DNA of 32,000 nucleotides from Vibrio cholerae ATCC 14035 (GTDB lineage: Bacteria; Pseudomonadota; Gammaproteobacteria; Enterobacterales; Vibrionaceae). Of the stretch, positions 19,001 to 27,104 are shown piece after piece (positions within the stretch are counted from its first letter, which is position 1; each line of letters opens with the position of its first letter). Location: assembly GCF_000621645.1 (NCBI RefSeq), contig NZ_KK211322.1, positions 19,532-51,531 on the forward strand, written 5' to 3'. Position numbers and translations under genes: made by a program. Below the pieces are notes generated by a model. The model was given only the letters and a program-made list of their open reading frames with translations, was not told the origin of the DNA and searched no databases.

Positions 19001-19267
19001 AATCTTATGTCGCTGCTTATCATCATCTGTGCAGGCCTTGCGGCATTTCATCACAAGGCGGGCATGGGTCACTTAAAAACGGTTACAGAGAATAGCAAAC
19101 CTGACTAGGGCGGGGCAATTGAGCTCTTGCTTTGCATGGTGATGACCTTAAGGCTCATCAGGCCATCGCCGCAAGAGGTTTACCGAAAAGCGCGTAGGGA
19201 GCGTGATATGGATACCAAGTCAAACCGGTTTCGACACTCAGCCTAAGCCGAGTGTCGGAAAGCTCGG

Positions 19268-20155
19268 TTAGGAAAATAATCCTGAGGATAAATAACGGTC
19301 GCCACGATCGCACACAATCGCTACCACTACGGATCCCGGATTTTGTTGGGCAATCTGCAAAGCGGCAAACACGGCTCCGCCAGAGCTGACGCCGGCGCAA
19401 ATTCCTTCTTCACGCGCAAGGGCGCGAGCGGTCTGTTCGGCGTCAGTTTGAGTTACGTCCAGCACCTGATCGACTCGTGCAGCATCAAAAATGCCGGGGA
19501 GGTAGGCTTGCGGCCAACGGCGAATACCCGGAATCGCGCTGCCTTCCGAGGGTTGTAAGCCGATGATCTGAATCTGCGGATTTTGTTGCTTCAGATAACG
19601 AGAGACGCCCATTATGGTGCCTGTGGTGCCCATGCTTGAAACAAAATGAGTGATTTTGCCTTGGCTTTGCTGCCAGATTTCCGGCCCGGTTGAGCGATAA
19701 TGCGCGTCAGGGTTATCCAAGTTATTGAATTGATCCAATACCTTACCTTTGCCTTCTTGCTGCATCTGTAAGGCTAAATCGCGTGCGCCTTCCATCCCTT
19801 GTTCTTTGCTAACCAAAATCAGCTCAGCGCCATAGGCGCGCATCGAATCTTTGCGCTCTTGAGTGGCGTTATCGGGCATGATCAGAATCATCTTGTAGCC
19901 TTTGATGGCGGCAGCCATAGCCAACGCTATGCCAGTATTACCACTGGTGGCTTCAATAATGGTATCGCCGGGCTGCAAACTGCCGCGCGCTTCGGCTTGC
20001 ACAATCATATTAAGCGCTGGTCTATCTTTCACGGAACCCGCTGGATTATTGCCTTCGAGCTTCACCAATACTGTAGAGCGGCCTGCATTGAGGCGCTGTA
20101 AACGCACCAAGGGCGTTTGACCTACATAATCTTCAAGAGTGGGGAAATCAGACAC
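19268..20155 (-). CDS. cysM: Cysteine synthase B (O-acetylserine sulfhydrylase B) CysM (295 aa), GTG start
   Basis: VKLEGNNPAGSVKDRPALNMIVQAEARG (PLP lysine motif), IEATSGNTGIALAMAAA and VSSMGTTGTIMG are collinear with E. coli CysM. The start codon is GTG at 20155..20153, with an AAGGA Shine-Dalgarno 7 nt upstream. Confidence 0.95.
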   Translation of the reverse strand: MSDFPTLEDYVGQTPLVRLQRLNAGRSTVLVKLEGNNPAGSVKDRPALNMIVQAEARGSLQPGDTIIEATSGNTGIALAMAAAIKGYKMILIMPDNATQERKDSMRAYGAELILVSKEQGMEGARDLALQMQQEGKGKVLDQFNNLDNPDAHYRSTGPEIWQQSQGKITHFVSSMGTTGTIMGVSRYLKQQNPQIQIIGLQPSEGSAIPGIRRWPQAYLPGIFDAARVDQVLDVTQTDAEQTARALAREEGICAGVSSGGAVFAALQIAQQNPGSVVVAIVCDRGDRYLSSGLFS

Positions 20156-20189
20156 AGAGCGATCCTTCTATTCTAATAGTGACAACCGA

Positions 20190-20317
20190 TATACCCTTCC
20201 TACTTGAAGCTGCAGCGGTGTTGGCTACGTTTGTTCACCCCAATCACATAGTCTATCTATGCTCATGGGGACTCACTCACTTGCCGCCTACCTGCAACTC
20301 CAAGTTGTTTGGGTATA
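20190..20317. repeat. ERIC/IRU-like intergenic repeat (128-bp imperfect palindrome)
   Basis: The ends tataccc.../...gggtata and the arms acttgaagctgcag / ctgcaactccaagt are inverted repeats. The centre, read on the minus strand, is gtgagtccccatgagcatagat + gtgattggggtgaac. This resembles the ERIC core GTGAATCCCCAGGAGCTTACAT + GTGACTGGGGTGAGC (the ERIC1R-complement and ERIC2 primer sites, from memory). Confidence 0.7.
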
Positions 20318-20538
20318 AAGCTTCTGTTGATTGACGGCGCAAGCGTAAGACGACTCTTTGCCAGCGGCGTTATTTTCATGTCAGCAGTATAAGAACGACT
20401 TTATCTTCGGCATACAATTTATTGCTAGAAATTATTCCAAAACGTTCTATTAATGTTCTTTTTTATAAACGATTTTCCTCATAATCTAGCAGCATAAAGG
20501 AAGCCATCTTGGCACTTGTGATTCTGGAGTAGAACAAC

Positions 20539-21540
20539 ATGAACCGAATTAAATCGACATTAACAGCGTTACTGCTAGCAGGCTCGTTCCAAGCCTCTGC
20601 GGCCGATCAAACCATTCTCAACTCATCTTATGATATTGCTCGTGAGCTGTTTGTGGCTTACAACCCTGTGTTTGCTGAGCATTGGCAACAAAAAACAGGG
20701 AAGACGGTCGAAATTAAACAGTCGCACGCTGGATCATCGGCTCAAGCGCGTTCTATTCTGCAAGGCCTAGCGGCAGATGTGGTGACGTTTAACCAAGTGA
20801 CCGATGTGCAAATTCTGCACGACAAAGGCAAGCTGATCTCAGCAAACTGGCAAACCCTGCTACCAAACGCAAGCTCGCCTTATTACTCCACCACCGCATT
20901 TTTGGTGCGCAAAGGCAACCCAAAGAACATCCAAGATTGGAGTGATTTGGTACGTGATGATGTGAAAAGTGTGTTCCCGAACCCGAAAACCTCAGGTAAT
21001 GCGCGTTACACCTACTTGGCAGCGCTAGGCTTTGCACAAAAACAATTTGGTCAGGATAACCAAGTGCAGCAAGATGAGTTTTTGAAGAAGTTTCTGGCTA
21101 ACGTCGCGGTATTTGATACTGGCGGTCGTGGTGCAACCACATCATTCGTTGAGCGTGGGATTGGCGATGTGCTGATCACCTTTGAATCGGAAGTGAATAA
21201 CATTCGTCAGCAATACGGTGCGGATGATTACCAAGTGGTGGTGCCGAAAACCTCGATTTTGGCTGAATTCCCTGTCGCGGTAGTGGAGAAAGTGGCAAAA
21301 CGTAATGGGACTTATGATGTGGCGACCGAATACGTTTCATACCTGTACAGTGAGCCAGCACAGCGTTTGCTTGCAGAATTTAACTACCGTGTGCACGATG
21401 CCAAAGTACAAGCTGAGTTTGCTGAGCGTTTTCCCGCCGTTGAATTGCTGACTGTGGAAGGGATCGCCGGTGGCTGGGAGCAAGCGATGAAAACCCAGTT
21501 CGCCAATGGGGCTAAATTGGATCAACTGCTGCGCCGCTAA
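20539..21540 (+). CDS. cysP: Periplasmic sulfate/thiosulfate-binding protein CysP/Sbp (333 aa)
   Basis: Signal peptide ending [50 protein letters not shown] and LITFESEV are typical of Sbp/CysP. It is followed by cysTWA. Confidence 0.93.
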   Translation: MNRIKSTLTALLLAGSFQASAADQTILNSSYDIARELFVAYNPVFAEHWQQKTGKTVEIKQSHAGSSAQARSILQGLAADVVTFNQVTDVQILHDKGKLISANWQTLLPNASSPYYSTTAFLVRKGNPKNIQDWSDLVRDDVKSVFPNPKTSGNARYTYLAALGFAQKQFGQDNQVQQDEFLKKFLANVAVFDTGGRGATTSFVERGIGDVLITFESEVNNIRQQYGADDYQVVVPKTSILAEFPVAVVEKVAKRNGTYDVATEYVSYLYSEPAQRLLAEFNYRVHDAKVQAEFAERFPAVELLTVEGIAGGWEQAMKTQFANGAKLDQLLRR

Positions 21541-21559
21541 TCTTGTCTGACATTTCTCT

Positions 21560-21584
21560 AGGTTGCCCAATGGATGGGCAACCT
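21560..21584 (+). other. Intercistronic stem-loop between cysP and cysT
   Basis: Perfect 10-bp stem aggttgccca (21560-21569) / tgggcaacct (21575-21584) with a 5-nt loop and no U-run. It lies 20 nt after the cysP stop and 32 nt before the cysT ATG. Confidence 0.6.
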
Positions 21585-21616
21585 TAATTCCACCCTGATG
21601 TATCGAAAGAGGTTTT

Positions 21617-22468
21617 ATGGGTCAAACGCTTGCACACTCTCGCCCGCGCCAGCAACGGGTTTTACCCGGTTTTGCGTTGAGCCTCGGTGTCTCTTTGCTG
21701 TTTGTCAGCTTGATCCTGCTGCTGCCTGCCACTGGGCTTATCATGCAGACCAGCAACATGACCTTTAGCGAGTATTGGCAAGTGATTGCCGACCCTCGTG
21801 TGGTGGCAAGTTATAAAGTAACGGTTGGCTCGGCCTTGATTGCTTCACTGTTTAATGGCTTGTTTGGTTTGCTGCTTGCTTGGGTGTTGGTGCGTTACAC
21901 TTTTCCCGGCAAACGCATTCTTGATGCGCTGGTCGATCTTCCTTTTGCGCTGCCCACCGCGGTGGCAGGGATTACCTTGGCAACGCTGTATTCGGCCAAT
22001 GGCTGGATTGGTAGCGTACTTGCTGAGTTAGGCATCAAGGTCGCTTATACGCCACTTGGTATTATTGTGGCGATGGCTTTTACCAGTATTCCCTTTGTGG
22101 TGCGCACGGTTCAGCCTGTGTTAGAAGAAATTTCCCGTGAAGAAGAAGAAGCGGGCATGACGTTAGGTGCATCCGACGCTGCTGTGTTTTGGAAAGTGAT
22201 TCTCCCTTCACTCAAACCCGCTTTATTGGTCGGAACCGCGTTGTCTTTTACGCGCAGTTTAGGGGAGTTCGGAGCGGTGATCTTTATTGCCGGCAACATG
22301 CCTTACATCAGCGAAATTACCTCGTTAATGATCTTCGTGCGTCTGCAAGAGTTTGATTTCCCAGCGGCGAGTGCGATTGCCTCGGTTGTGCTGCTGACTT
22401 CACTTTTGTTACTGCTGATGATTAACCTCTGGCAAGGCGCTTATCTGCGTCGCATTCACGGACGATAA
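21617..22468 (+). CDS. cysT: Sulfate/thiosulfate ABC transporter permease CysT (CysU) (283 aa)
   Basis: Multi-pass membrane protein with the ABC permease EAA-type loop (EEEEAGMTLGASDAAVFWKVILP). AAGAGG Shine-Dalgarno at 21606-21611. It sits between cysP and cysW. Confidence 0.93.
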   Translation: MGQTLAHSRPRQQRVLPGFALSLGVSLLFVSLILLLPATGLIMQTSNMTFSEYWQVIADPRVVASYKVTVGSALIASLFNGLFGLLLAWVLVRYTFPGKRILDALVDLPFALPTAVAGITLATLYSANGWIGSVLAELGIKVAYTPLGIIVAMAFTSIPFVVRTVQPVLEEISREEEEAGMTLGASDAAVFWKVILPSLKPALLVGTALSFTRSLGEFGAVIFIAGNMPYISEITSLMIFVRLQEFDFPAASAIASVVLLTSLLLLLMINLWQGAYLRRIHGR

Positions 22469-22479
22469 GGAATCAGTGT

Positions 22480-23343
22480 ATGGCACATTCTCAGCCTTTA
22501 CGTGTTGGTGAAAAGCCGTGGGTGAAATGGAGTTTGATCGCATTGGCTCTGCTATTGGTGGCCGTACTGCTGCTGATCCCACTGCTGAGCATTTTCCAAC
22601 AAGCGTTTGCCAACGGCATTGGCGCTTATTTTAGTTACTTTAATGACCCCGATACGCGCCACGCGATTGGGTTAACGCTGGTGGTGGCGCTACTGACAGT
22701 GCCAATCAATCTGGTGTTTGGTGTGCTGCTCTCTTGGCTAGTGACCCGCTTTGAATTTGTTGGTCGCAAGTTTTTGATCACCTTGATTGATATTCCGTTC
22801 GCTGTTTCTCCGGTGGTGGCGGGGTTACTTTACCTGCTGCTCTATGGCACCAGTGGCTGGTTGGGTGAATGGTTGTATGAGCGCGATCTGCAAATCATGT
22901 TTGCTTGGCCGGGCATTGTACTGGTGACTGTGTTTGTGACCTGTCCGTTTGTGGCGCGTGAGCTAATTCCACTTATGCAGCAGCAAGGACGTTCGGATGA
23001 AGAAGCCGCAGTGATTTTGGGCGCATCATGGTGGCAACTGTTTCGCCGAGTCACTCTGCCTAACATTAAGTGGGCGCTGATTTATGGCGTGATCCTCACC
23101 AATGCTCGCGCGGTGGGGGAGTTTGGCGCGGTAGCGGTGGTTTCAGGCAACATTCGTGGTGAAACCAATACCTTGCCTTTGCATGTACAGCTTCTGTACG
23201 AGGATTATCAATCGCAAGCGGCCTTTGCTAGCGCTTCGCTACTGGCGTTTATCGCCCTATTAACACTATTACTGAAAGCTTTGGTCGAGTGGCGTCAAGA
23301 GCGCCTTCAGGCGGTCGAGCATAATGAGCAGGGAACCTTATGA
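22480..23343 (+). CDS. cysW: Sulfate/thiosulfate ABC transporter permease CysW (287 aa)
   Basis: Membrane protein with the permease loop [28 protein letters not shown], paralogous to CysT. AAGGA Shine-Dalgarno at 22467-22471. Confidence 0.93.
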   Translation: MAHSQPLRVGEKPWVKWSLIALALLLVAVLLLIPLLSIFQQAFANGIGAYFSYFNDPDTRHAIGLTLVVALLTVPINLVFGVLLSWLVTRFEFVGRKFLITLIDIPFAVSPVVAGLLYLLLYGTSGWLGEWLYERDLQIMFAWPGIVLVTVFVTCPFVARELIPLMQQQGRSDEEAAVILGASWWQLFRRVTLPNIKWALIYGVILTNARAVGEFGAVAVVSGNIRGETNTLPLHVQLLYEDYQSQAAFASASLLAFIALLTLLLKALVEWRQERLQAVEHNEQGTL

Positions 23344-24470
23344 GCATTCGTCTAGATAATATCTCTAAACATTTTGGCCAGTTTCAGGCGCTTGCCCCGC
23401 TTTCTCTCAAGATTGAAGATGGTGAAATGATTGGTTTGTTAGGGCCATCTGGTTCAGGAAAAACCACTTTGCTGCGTATTATTGCGGGGTTGGAAGGGGC
23501 GGATTCCGGTACGATTCATTTTCGAAATCGTGACGTAACGAATGTGCATGTGCGCGATCGTCGAGTCGGCTTTGTGTTCCAAAACTATGCGCTGTTTCGT
23601 CATATGACGGTGGCCGATAACGTAGCGTTTGGCTTGCAGGTGATGGAGCGTGCTCAGCGTCCAAATCCGGCGGAAATTCAAAAGCGCGTGAAGCAACTGC
23701 TTGAAATCGTACAACTTGGCCATTTGGCACATCGTTATCCAGAGCAGCTTTCTGGTGGTCAAAAACAGCGTATTGCGCTGGCTCGCGCACTGGCAACCCA
23801 ACCTGAAGTGCTACTGTTGGATGAGCCGTTTGGCGCTTTGGATGCCAAAGTGCGTAAAGAGCTGCGCCGTTGGCTGCGTAGCCTGCATGACGAGTTAGGT
23901 TTTACCAGCGTGTTTGTGACCCACGATCAGGATGAAGCGTTGGAGCTTTCCGATCGCGTAGTGGTGATGAGTAATGGCCGCATTGAGCAGATCGATTCGC
24001 CGGTTGAGCTTTACGCTCAGCCCAATAGCCGCTTTGTGTTTGATTTCTTTGGGAACGTTAATCAGTTTGTGGGTGAGTGGCAAAATGGCCAGTGGGTCAA
24101 TGGCTCAGCCTTTATTCAGCCACCTGAGAGTGACGCGACACGTCAAAGTGGTTTGCTCTATGTGCGCAGCCATGAGTTGGCTCTGTCGGATAAAGAGAAC
24201 AGCCAAGCCTCATTGCCGTTTGAAGTGGTCTCCATTAACCCTGTTGGGGCAGAAGTGCGCGTTGAGTTAGCACCTGTCGGTTGGCAAAGCCAAGAGTTGT
24301 GGGAAGCCAAACTTTCACATCGTTCTTTAAGCGAAAAACGCTTGAGTCGCGGCGATCAAGTCTTCGCCACACCGCAAGTGGGCTATTTCTTTGCCAGTGA
24401 AGGGCAAAGTAGCCCGAGCGTCCTACGCTGGCCATTCTTGGCTCCGGGTAGCTTGATGTTTGAAATCTGA
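23340..24470 (+). CDS. cysA: Sulfate/thiosulfate ABC transporter ATP-binding protein CysA (376 aa)
   Basis: Walker A GPSGSGKT, signature LSGGQKQR and Walker B LLLDEPF, plus a C-terminal regulatory (TOBE-like) extension. ATGA overlap with cysW. Confidence 0.95.
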   Translation: MSIRLDNISKHFGQFQALAPLSLKIEDGEMIGLLGPSGSGKTTLLRIIAGLEGADSGTIHFRNRDVTNVHVRDRRVGFVFQNYALFRHMTVADNVAFGLQVMERAQRPNPAEIQKRVKQLLEIVQLGHLAHRYPEQLSGGQKQRIALARALATQPEVLLLDEPFGALDAKVRKELRRWLRSLHDELGFTSVFVTHDQDEALELSDRVVVMSNGRIEQIDSPVELYAQPNSRFVFDFFGNVNQFVGEWQNGQWVNGSAFIQPPESDATRQSGLLYVRSHELALSDKENSQASLPFEVVSINPVGAEVRVELAPVGWQSQELWEAKLSHRSLSEKRLSRGDQVFATPQVGYFFASEGQSSPSVLRWPFLAPGSLMFEI

Positions 24471-24501
24471 TGCTTGAAATGCGAGGGTTGAAATTAGACC
24501 G

Positions 24502-24533
24502 AGAAAGAGTGCCCAAGGGCACTCTTTCTATTT
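24502..24533 (+). terminator. Rho-independent terminator after cysA
   Basis: Stem agaaagagtgc (24502-24512) / gcactctttct (24519-24529), followed by ATTT. It begins 31 nt after the cysA stop. The U-run is short. Confidence 0.55.
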
Positions 24534-24636
24534 GGGACGATTGCAATTAGCGCCTAATTCGGTAGTTTAGCCTGCAGTTTTACCGAGCAAAATGAAACAC
24601 CAGTGACACAATGAAACAGAAGCGAGAGGCAAGCGT

Positions 24637-25143
24637 ATGAAAACACTACATTCCTTGAGTGAGCAGTTAGGAGGGCTACTGGCTAACCAGCAGCAGATCC
24701 TCGCTAGCGCAGAATCTTGCACCGGCGGTGGCGTGGCTTATTGGGTGACTGAAGTGGCTGGAAGTTCGGCATGGTTTGATCGCAGCTTCGTGACTTACAG
24801 TAATGAAGCTAAACAAGAAATGCTCGGTGTTCGGCAAGCAACATTACAACAATTTGGTGCAGTTTCTGAACAGACCGTTGAAGAGATGGCGCTTGGTGCG
24901 CTCTTTCATTCAAGGGCTACGCTAGCAGCTGCGATTAGTGGCATTGCTGGTCCCGGTGGCGGTAGTGCAGAAAAGCCAGTTGGCACCGTCTGCTTTGGCT
25001 TTGCCAGTGTTCAAGGTTGGCTCAAAGTGGAAACGTGCCACTTTACGGGTGAGCGCGAACAAGTGCGTCAGCAAGCCATAGCGCATGTGTTGCAAAGCTT
25101 GATTGAGCATCTCGCAGCCGATCAGGTTCAAAACGTTAACTGA
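24637..25143 (+). CDS. pncC: Nicotinamide-nucleotide amidohydrolase PncC (CinA C-terminal-domain protein, YgaD-like) (168 aa)
   Basis: [44 protein letters not shown] and [19 protein letters not shown] are CinA/PncC hallmarks. It lies immediately upstream of recA, as in E. coli. Confidence 0.9.
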   Translation: MKTLHSLSEQLGGLLANQQQILASAESCTGGGVAYWVTEVAGSSAWFDRSFVTYSNEAKQEMLGVRQATLQQFGAVSEQTVEEMALGALFHSRATLAAAISGIAGPGGGSAEKPVGTVCFGFASVQGWLKVETCHFTGEREQVRQQAIAHVLQSLIEHLAADQVQNVN

Positions 25144-25167
25144 GCCAAACTTTTTTCTACACAGGGG

Positions 25168-25195
25168 TGGACACTGTACAAATCAACAGTATAAT
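25168..25195 (+). promoter_or_regulatory. recA promoter with an embedded LexA (SOS) box
   Basis: -35 TGGACA (25168-25173), a 16-nt spacer, and -10 TATAAT (25190-25195). The spacer is exactly CTGTacaaatcaACAG (25174-25189), i.e. CTGT-N8-ACAG. With flanks it reads ACTGT...ACAGT, matching the gammaproteobacterial LexA consensus TACTG(TA)5CAGTA. It lies about 80 nt upstream of the recA ATG. Confidence 0.85.
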
Positions 25196-25276
25196 GAGCC
25201 CCAACATGACAAATCAGCGTCGACCCGATTTCGACACAATTACCTATCACCTGAGAGTGACTATCCGGAGAGAGTA

Positions 25277-26341
25277 ATGGACGAGAATAAACAGAAGGCA
25301 CTTGCGGCCGCCCTCGGTCAAATTGAAAAGCAATTTGGTAAAGGCTCCATCATGCGCTTAGGCGACAACCGCGCGATGGATGTAGAAACCATTTCGACCG
25401 GTTCTCTGTCTCTGGATATCGCGTTGGGTGCTGGTGGCCTACCAATGGGACGTATCGTTGAGATCTTCGGCCCTGAATCTTCGGGTAAAACGACACTGAC
25501 TCTGGAACTGATTGCTGCTGCGCAACGTGAAGGTAAAACCTGTGCGTTTATCGATGCCGAGCACGCGTTGGATCCGGTTTATGCCAAGAAATTGGGCGTG
25601 AATATCGATGAGCTGCTGGTTTCTCAGCCTGATACCGGCGAGCAAGCACTGGAAATTTGTGATGCACTGGCTCGCTCTGGTGCGGTAGATGTGATTGTTG
25701 TTGACTCAGTCGCGGCTTTGACACCAAAAGCGGAAATCGAAGGCGAAATGGGCGATAGCCACATGGGTCTTCAAGCGCGTATGTTGTCGCAAGCGATGCG
25801 TAAACTGACGGGTAACCTCAAGCAATCCAACTGTATGTGTATCTTCATCAACCAAATTCGTATGAAGATTGGTGTGATGTTTGGTAACCCAGAAACCACC
25901 ACTGGCGGTAACGCACTGAAATTCTACGCTTCTGTTCGTTTGGATATTCGCCGTACTGGCGCAATCAAAGAAGGCGAAGAAGTGGTTGGTAACGAAACCC
26001 GTATCAAGGTTGTGAAGAACAAGATTGCGGCACCGTTTAAAGAAGCCAACACTCAGATCATGTACGGCCAAGGTTTCAACCGTGAAGGTGAATTGATCGA
26101 TCTTGGTGTGAAACACAAGATGGTTGAAAAGTCAGGTGCTTGGTACAGCTACAACGGCGATAAAATCGGCCAAGGTAAAGCGAATGCCTGCAAGTATCTG
26201 AAAGAAAATCCAGAGATTGCTAAGACGCTAGACAAAAAACTACGTGAAATGCTGCTTAACCCAGAAAATATGCAACTGACTGGTGAAACGGCTTCTGCCG
26301 CTGATGATGTAGAATTTGGTGCAGTGCCAGAAGAGTTTTAA
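25277..26341 (+). CDS. recA: Recombinase RecA (354 aa)
   Basis: Track ORF 25103..26341 trimmed to the ATG at 25277. [31 protein letters not shown] is the canonical RecA N-terminus. Walker [19 protein letters not shown] Shine-Dalgarno lies upstream. The track extension would overlap pncC and run through the promoter and SOS box. Confidence 0.98.
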   Translation: MDENKQKALAAALGQIEKQFGKGSIMRLGDNRAMDVETISTGSLSLDIALGAGGLPMGRIVEIFGPESSGKTTLTLELIAAAQREGKTCAFIDAEHALDPVYAKKLGVNIDELLVSQPDTGEQALEICDALARSGAVDVIVVDSVAALTPKAEIEGEMGDSHMGLQARMLSQAMRKLTGNLKQSNCMCIFINQIRMKIGVMFGNPETTTGGNALKFYASVRLDIRRTGAIKEGEEVVGNETRIKVVKNKIAAPFKEANTQIMYGQGFNREGELIDLGVKHKMVEKSGAWYSYNGDKIGQGKANACKYLKENPEIAKTLDKKLREMLLNPENMQLTGETASAADDVEFGAVPEEF

Positions 26342-26390
26342 TCGGCAGGCTGAATGCAAAGAGGTTCAACCTCTCAATCTCGATGTGAAT

Positions 26391-26418
26391 GAAGCCCTGC
26401 AATGCAGGGCTTCTTTTT
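26391..26418 (+). terminator. Rho-independent terminator between recA and recX
   Basis: Stem gaagccctgc (26391-26400) / gcagggcttc (26404-26413), followed by TTTTT (26414-26418). Confidence 0.8.
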
Positions 26419-26473
26419 GGCTGCTAATTGAGTGAGTGACTCAAAACTCACCGTTAGCCTAATAGGGAGTTCC

Positions 26474-26932
26474 ATGAGTTTCGACTTAGCCACTTGCCGA
26501 CAAAGTGCCTTGCAACTTCTGAGTCGCCGCGATCATAGCGAATATGAGCTACACCAAAAATTAGCCCTCAAAGGTCATCCTACAGAAGTGATTGATGAGG
26601 TTGTGAAGTACGTTTTAGAGCTAGGGTATTTGAGTGATGCCCGTTACGCAGCGAGTCAGGCTCGACAAATCGTTCATAAAGGTTACGGTGAGCAGCGTTT
26701 GCGCCAGCAACTCAAAGAAAAGCGGGTCGCGGAAGAGGTGATTGAGCAAGCCCTCGCCGAGCAAACGATAGATTGGTTTGAACTAGCGAAAGAGGTCGCA
26801 CACAAGAAATTCAAAAGCGGCATCAGCCACGAGCGCTCGCAATACGCCAAACAAGTTCGGTACTTACAGTACCGTGGTTTCAACTTTGAGCAAATACGTT
26901 ATGCACTTCAAGCCAGTGAGAGTGATGAGTAA
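26474..26932 (+). CDS. recX: RecA regulator RecX (152 aa from ATG 26474; the track uses GTG 26432)
   Basis: ALQLLSRRDHSEYELHQKLALKG...LGYLSDARYAASQARQIVHKGYGEQRLRQQLKEKRV...RYLQYRGF carries the three-repeat RecX pattern. ATG 26474 has a GGGAG Shine-Dalgarno (26465-26469). GTG 26432 sits only 14 nt after the terminator and has no Shine-Dalgarno. Confidence 0.88.
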   Translation: MSFDLATCRQSALQLLSRRDHSEYELHQKLALKGHPTEVIDEVVKYVLELGYLSDARYAASQARQIVHKGYGEQRLRQQLKEKRVAEEVIEQALAEQTIDWFELAKEVAHKKFKSGISHERSQYAKQVRYLQYRGFNFEQIRYALQASESDE

Positions 26933-27104
26933 TCGCTTTCACCCTCTATATTCCTCTTATTAATCCTGCTCTGGATTTTATGCATCTTGGCGGAGCTGCT
27001 GCTCGACACACATTCAGTTTGCTGAAGAGAAGAAACTAGGCGAACTGTTATCCTTGCTTTACAATAGCGCAAAATTCTAACTTGAGTATTTCAGGAAGAG
27101 CTGC

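Noticed and set aside
19001-19072. 24-codon extension of mutS ([24 protein letters not shown])
   Set aside because: It has no counterpart in E. coli MutS. The conserved HTPMMQQYL block sits at the expected distance from the ATG at 19000.
19154-19232. Hammerhead-ribozyme-like core motifs on the minus strand (CUGAUGAG at 19161..19154 and GAAAC at 19232..19228)
   Set aside because: The order and spacing would require a type II permutation. The strands that should form stem II (GAGUGUC before GAAAC, CCUUAAGG after CUGAUGAG) are not complementary, and no stem III or cleavage-site arrangement can be drawn. The motifs are coincidental.
19158-19400. 80-aa minus-strand ORF spanning the cysM 3' end and part of the cysM-mutS spacer
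   Set aside because: It overlaps cysM out of frame on the same strand, is Arg/Cys/Ser-rich, and has no Shine-Dalgarno. The spacer is better explained as structured non-coding RNA or DNA.
24544-24617. Small symmetric or repeated motifs upstream of pncC (aattag-cgc-ctaatt at 24544-24558; aatgaaaca twice at 24590-24598 and 24609-24617)
   Set aside because: They are short (6-9 bp) and compatible with chance in AT-rich spacer. There is no associated promoter hexamer pattern I can defend.
25103-25276. 58-codon extension of recA overlapping the pncC 3' end
   Set aside because: It would contain the recA promoter and LexA box. The canonical RecA N-terminus MDENKQKAL starts at 25277 and has a good Shine-Dalgarno.
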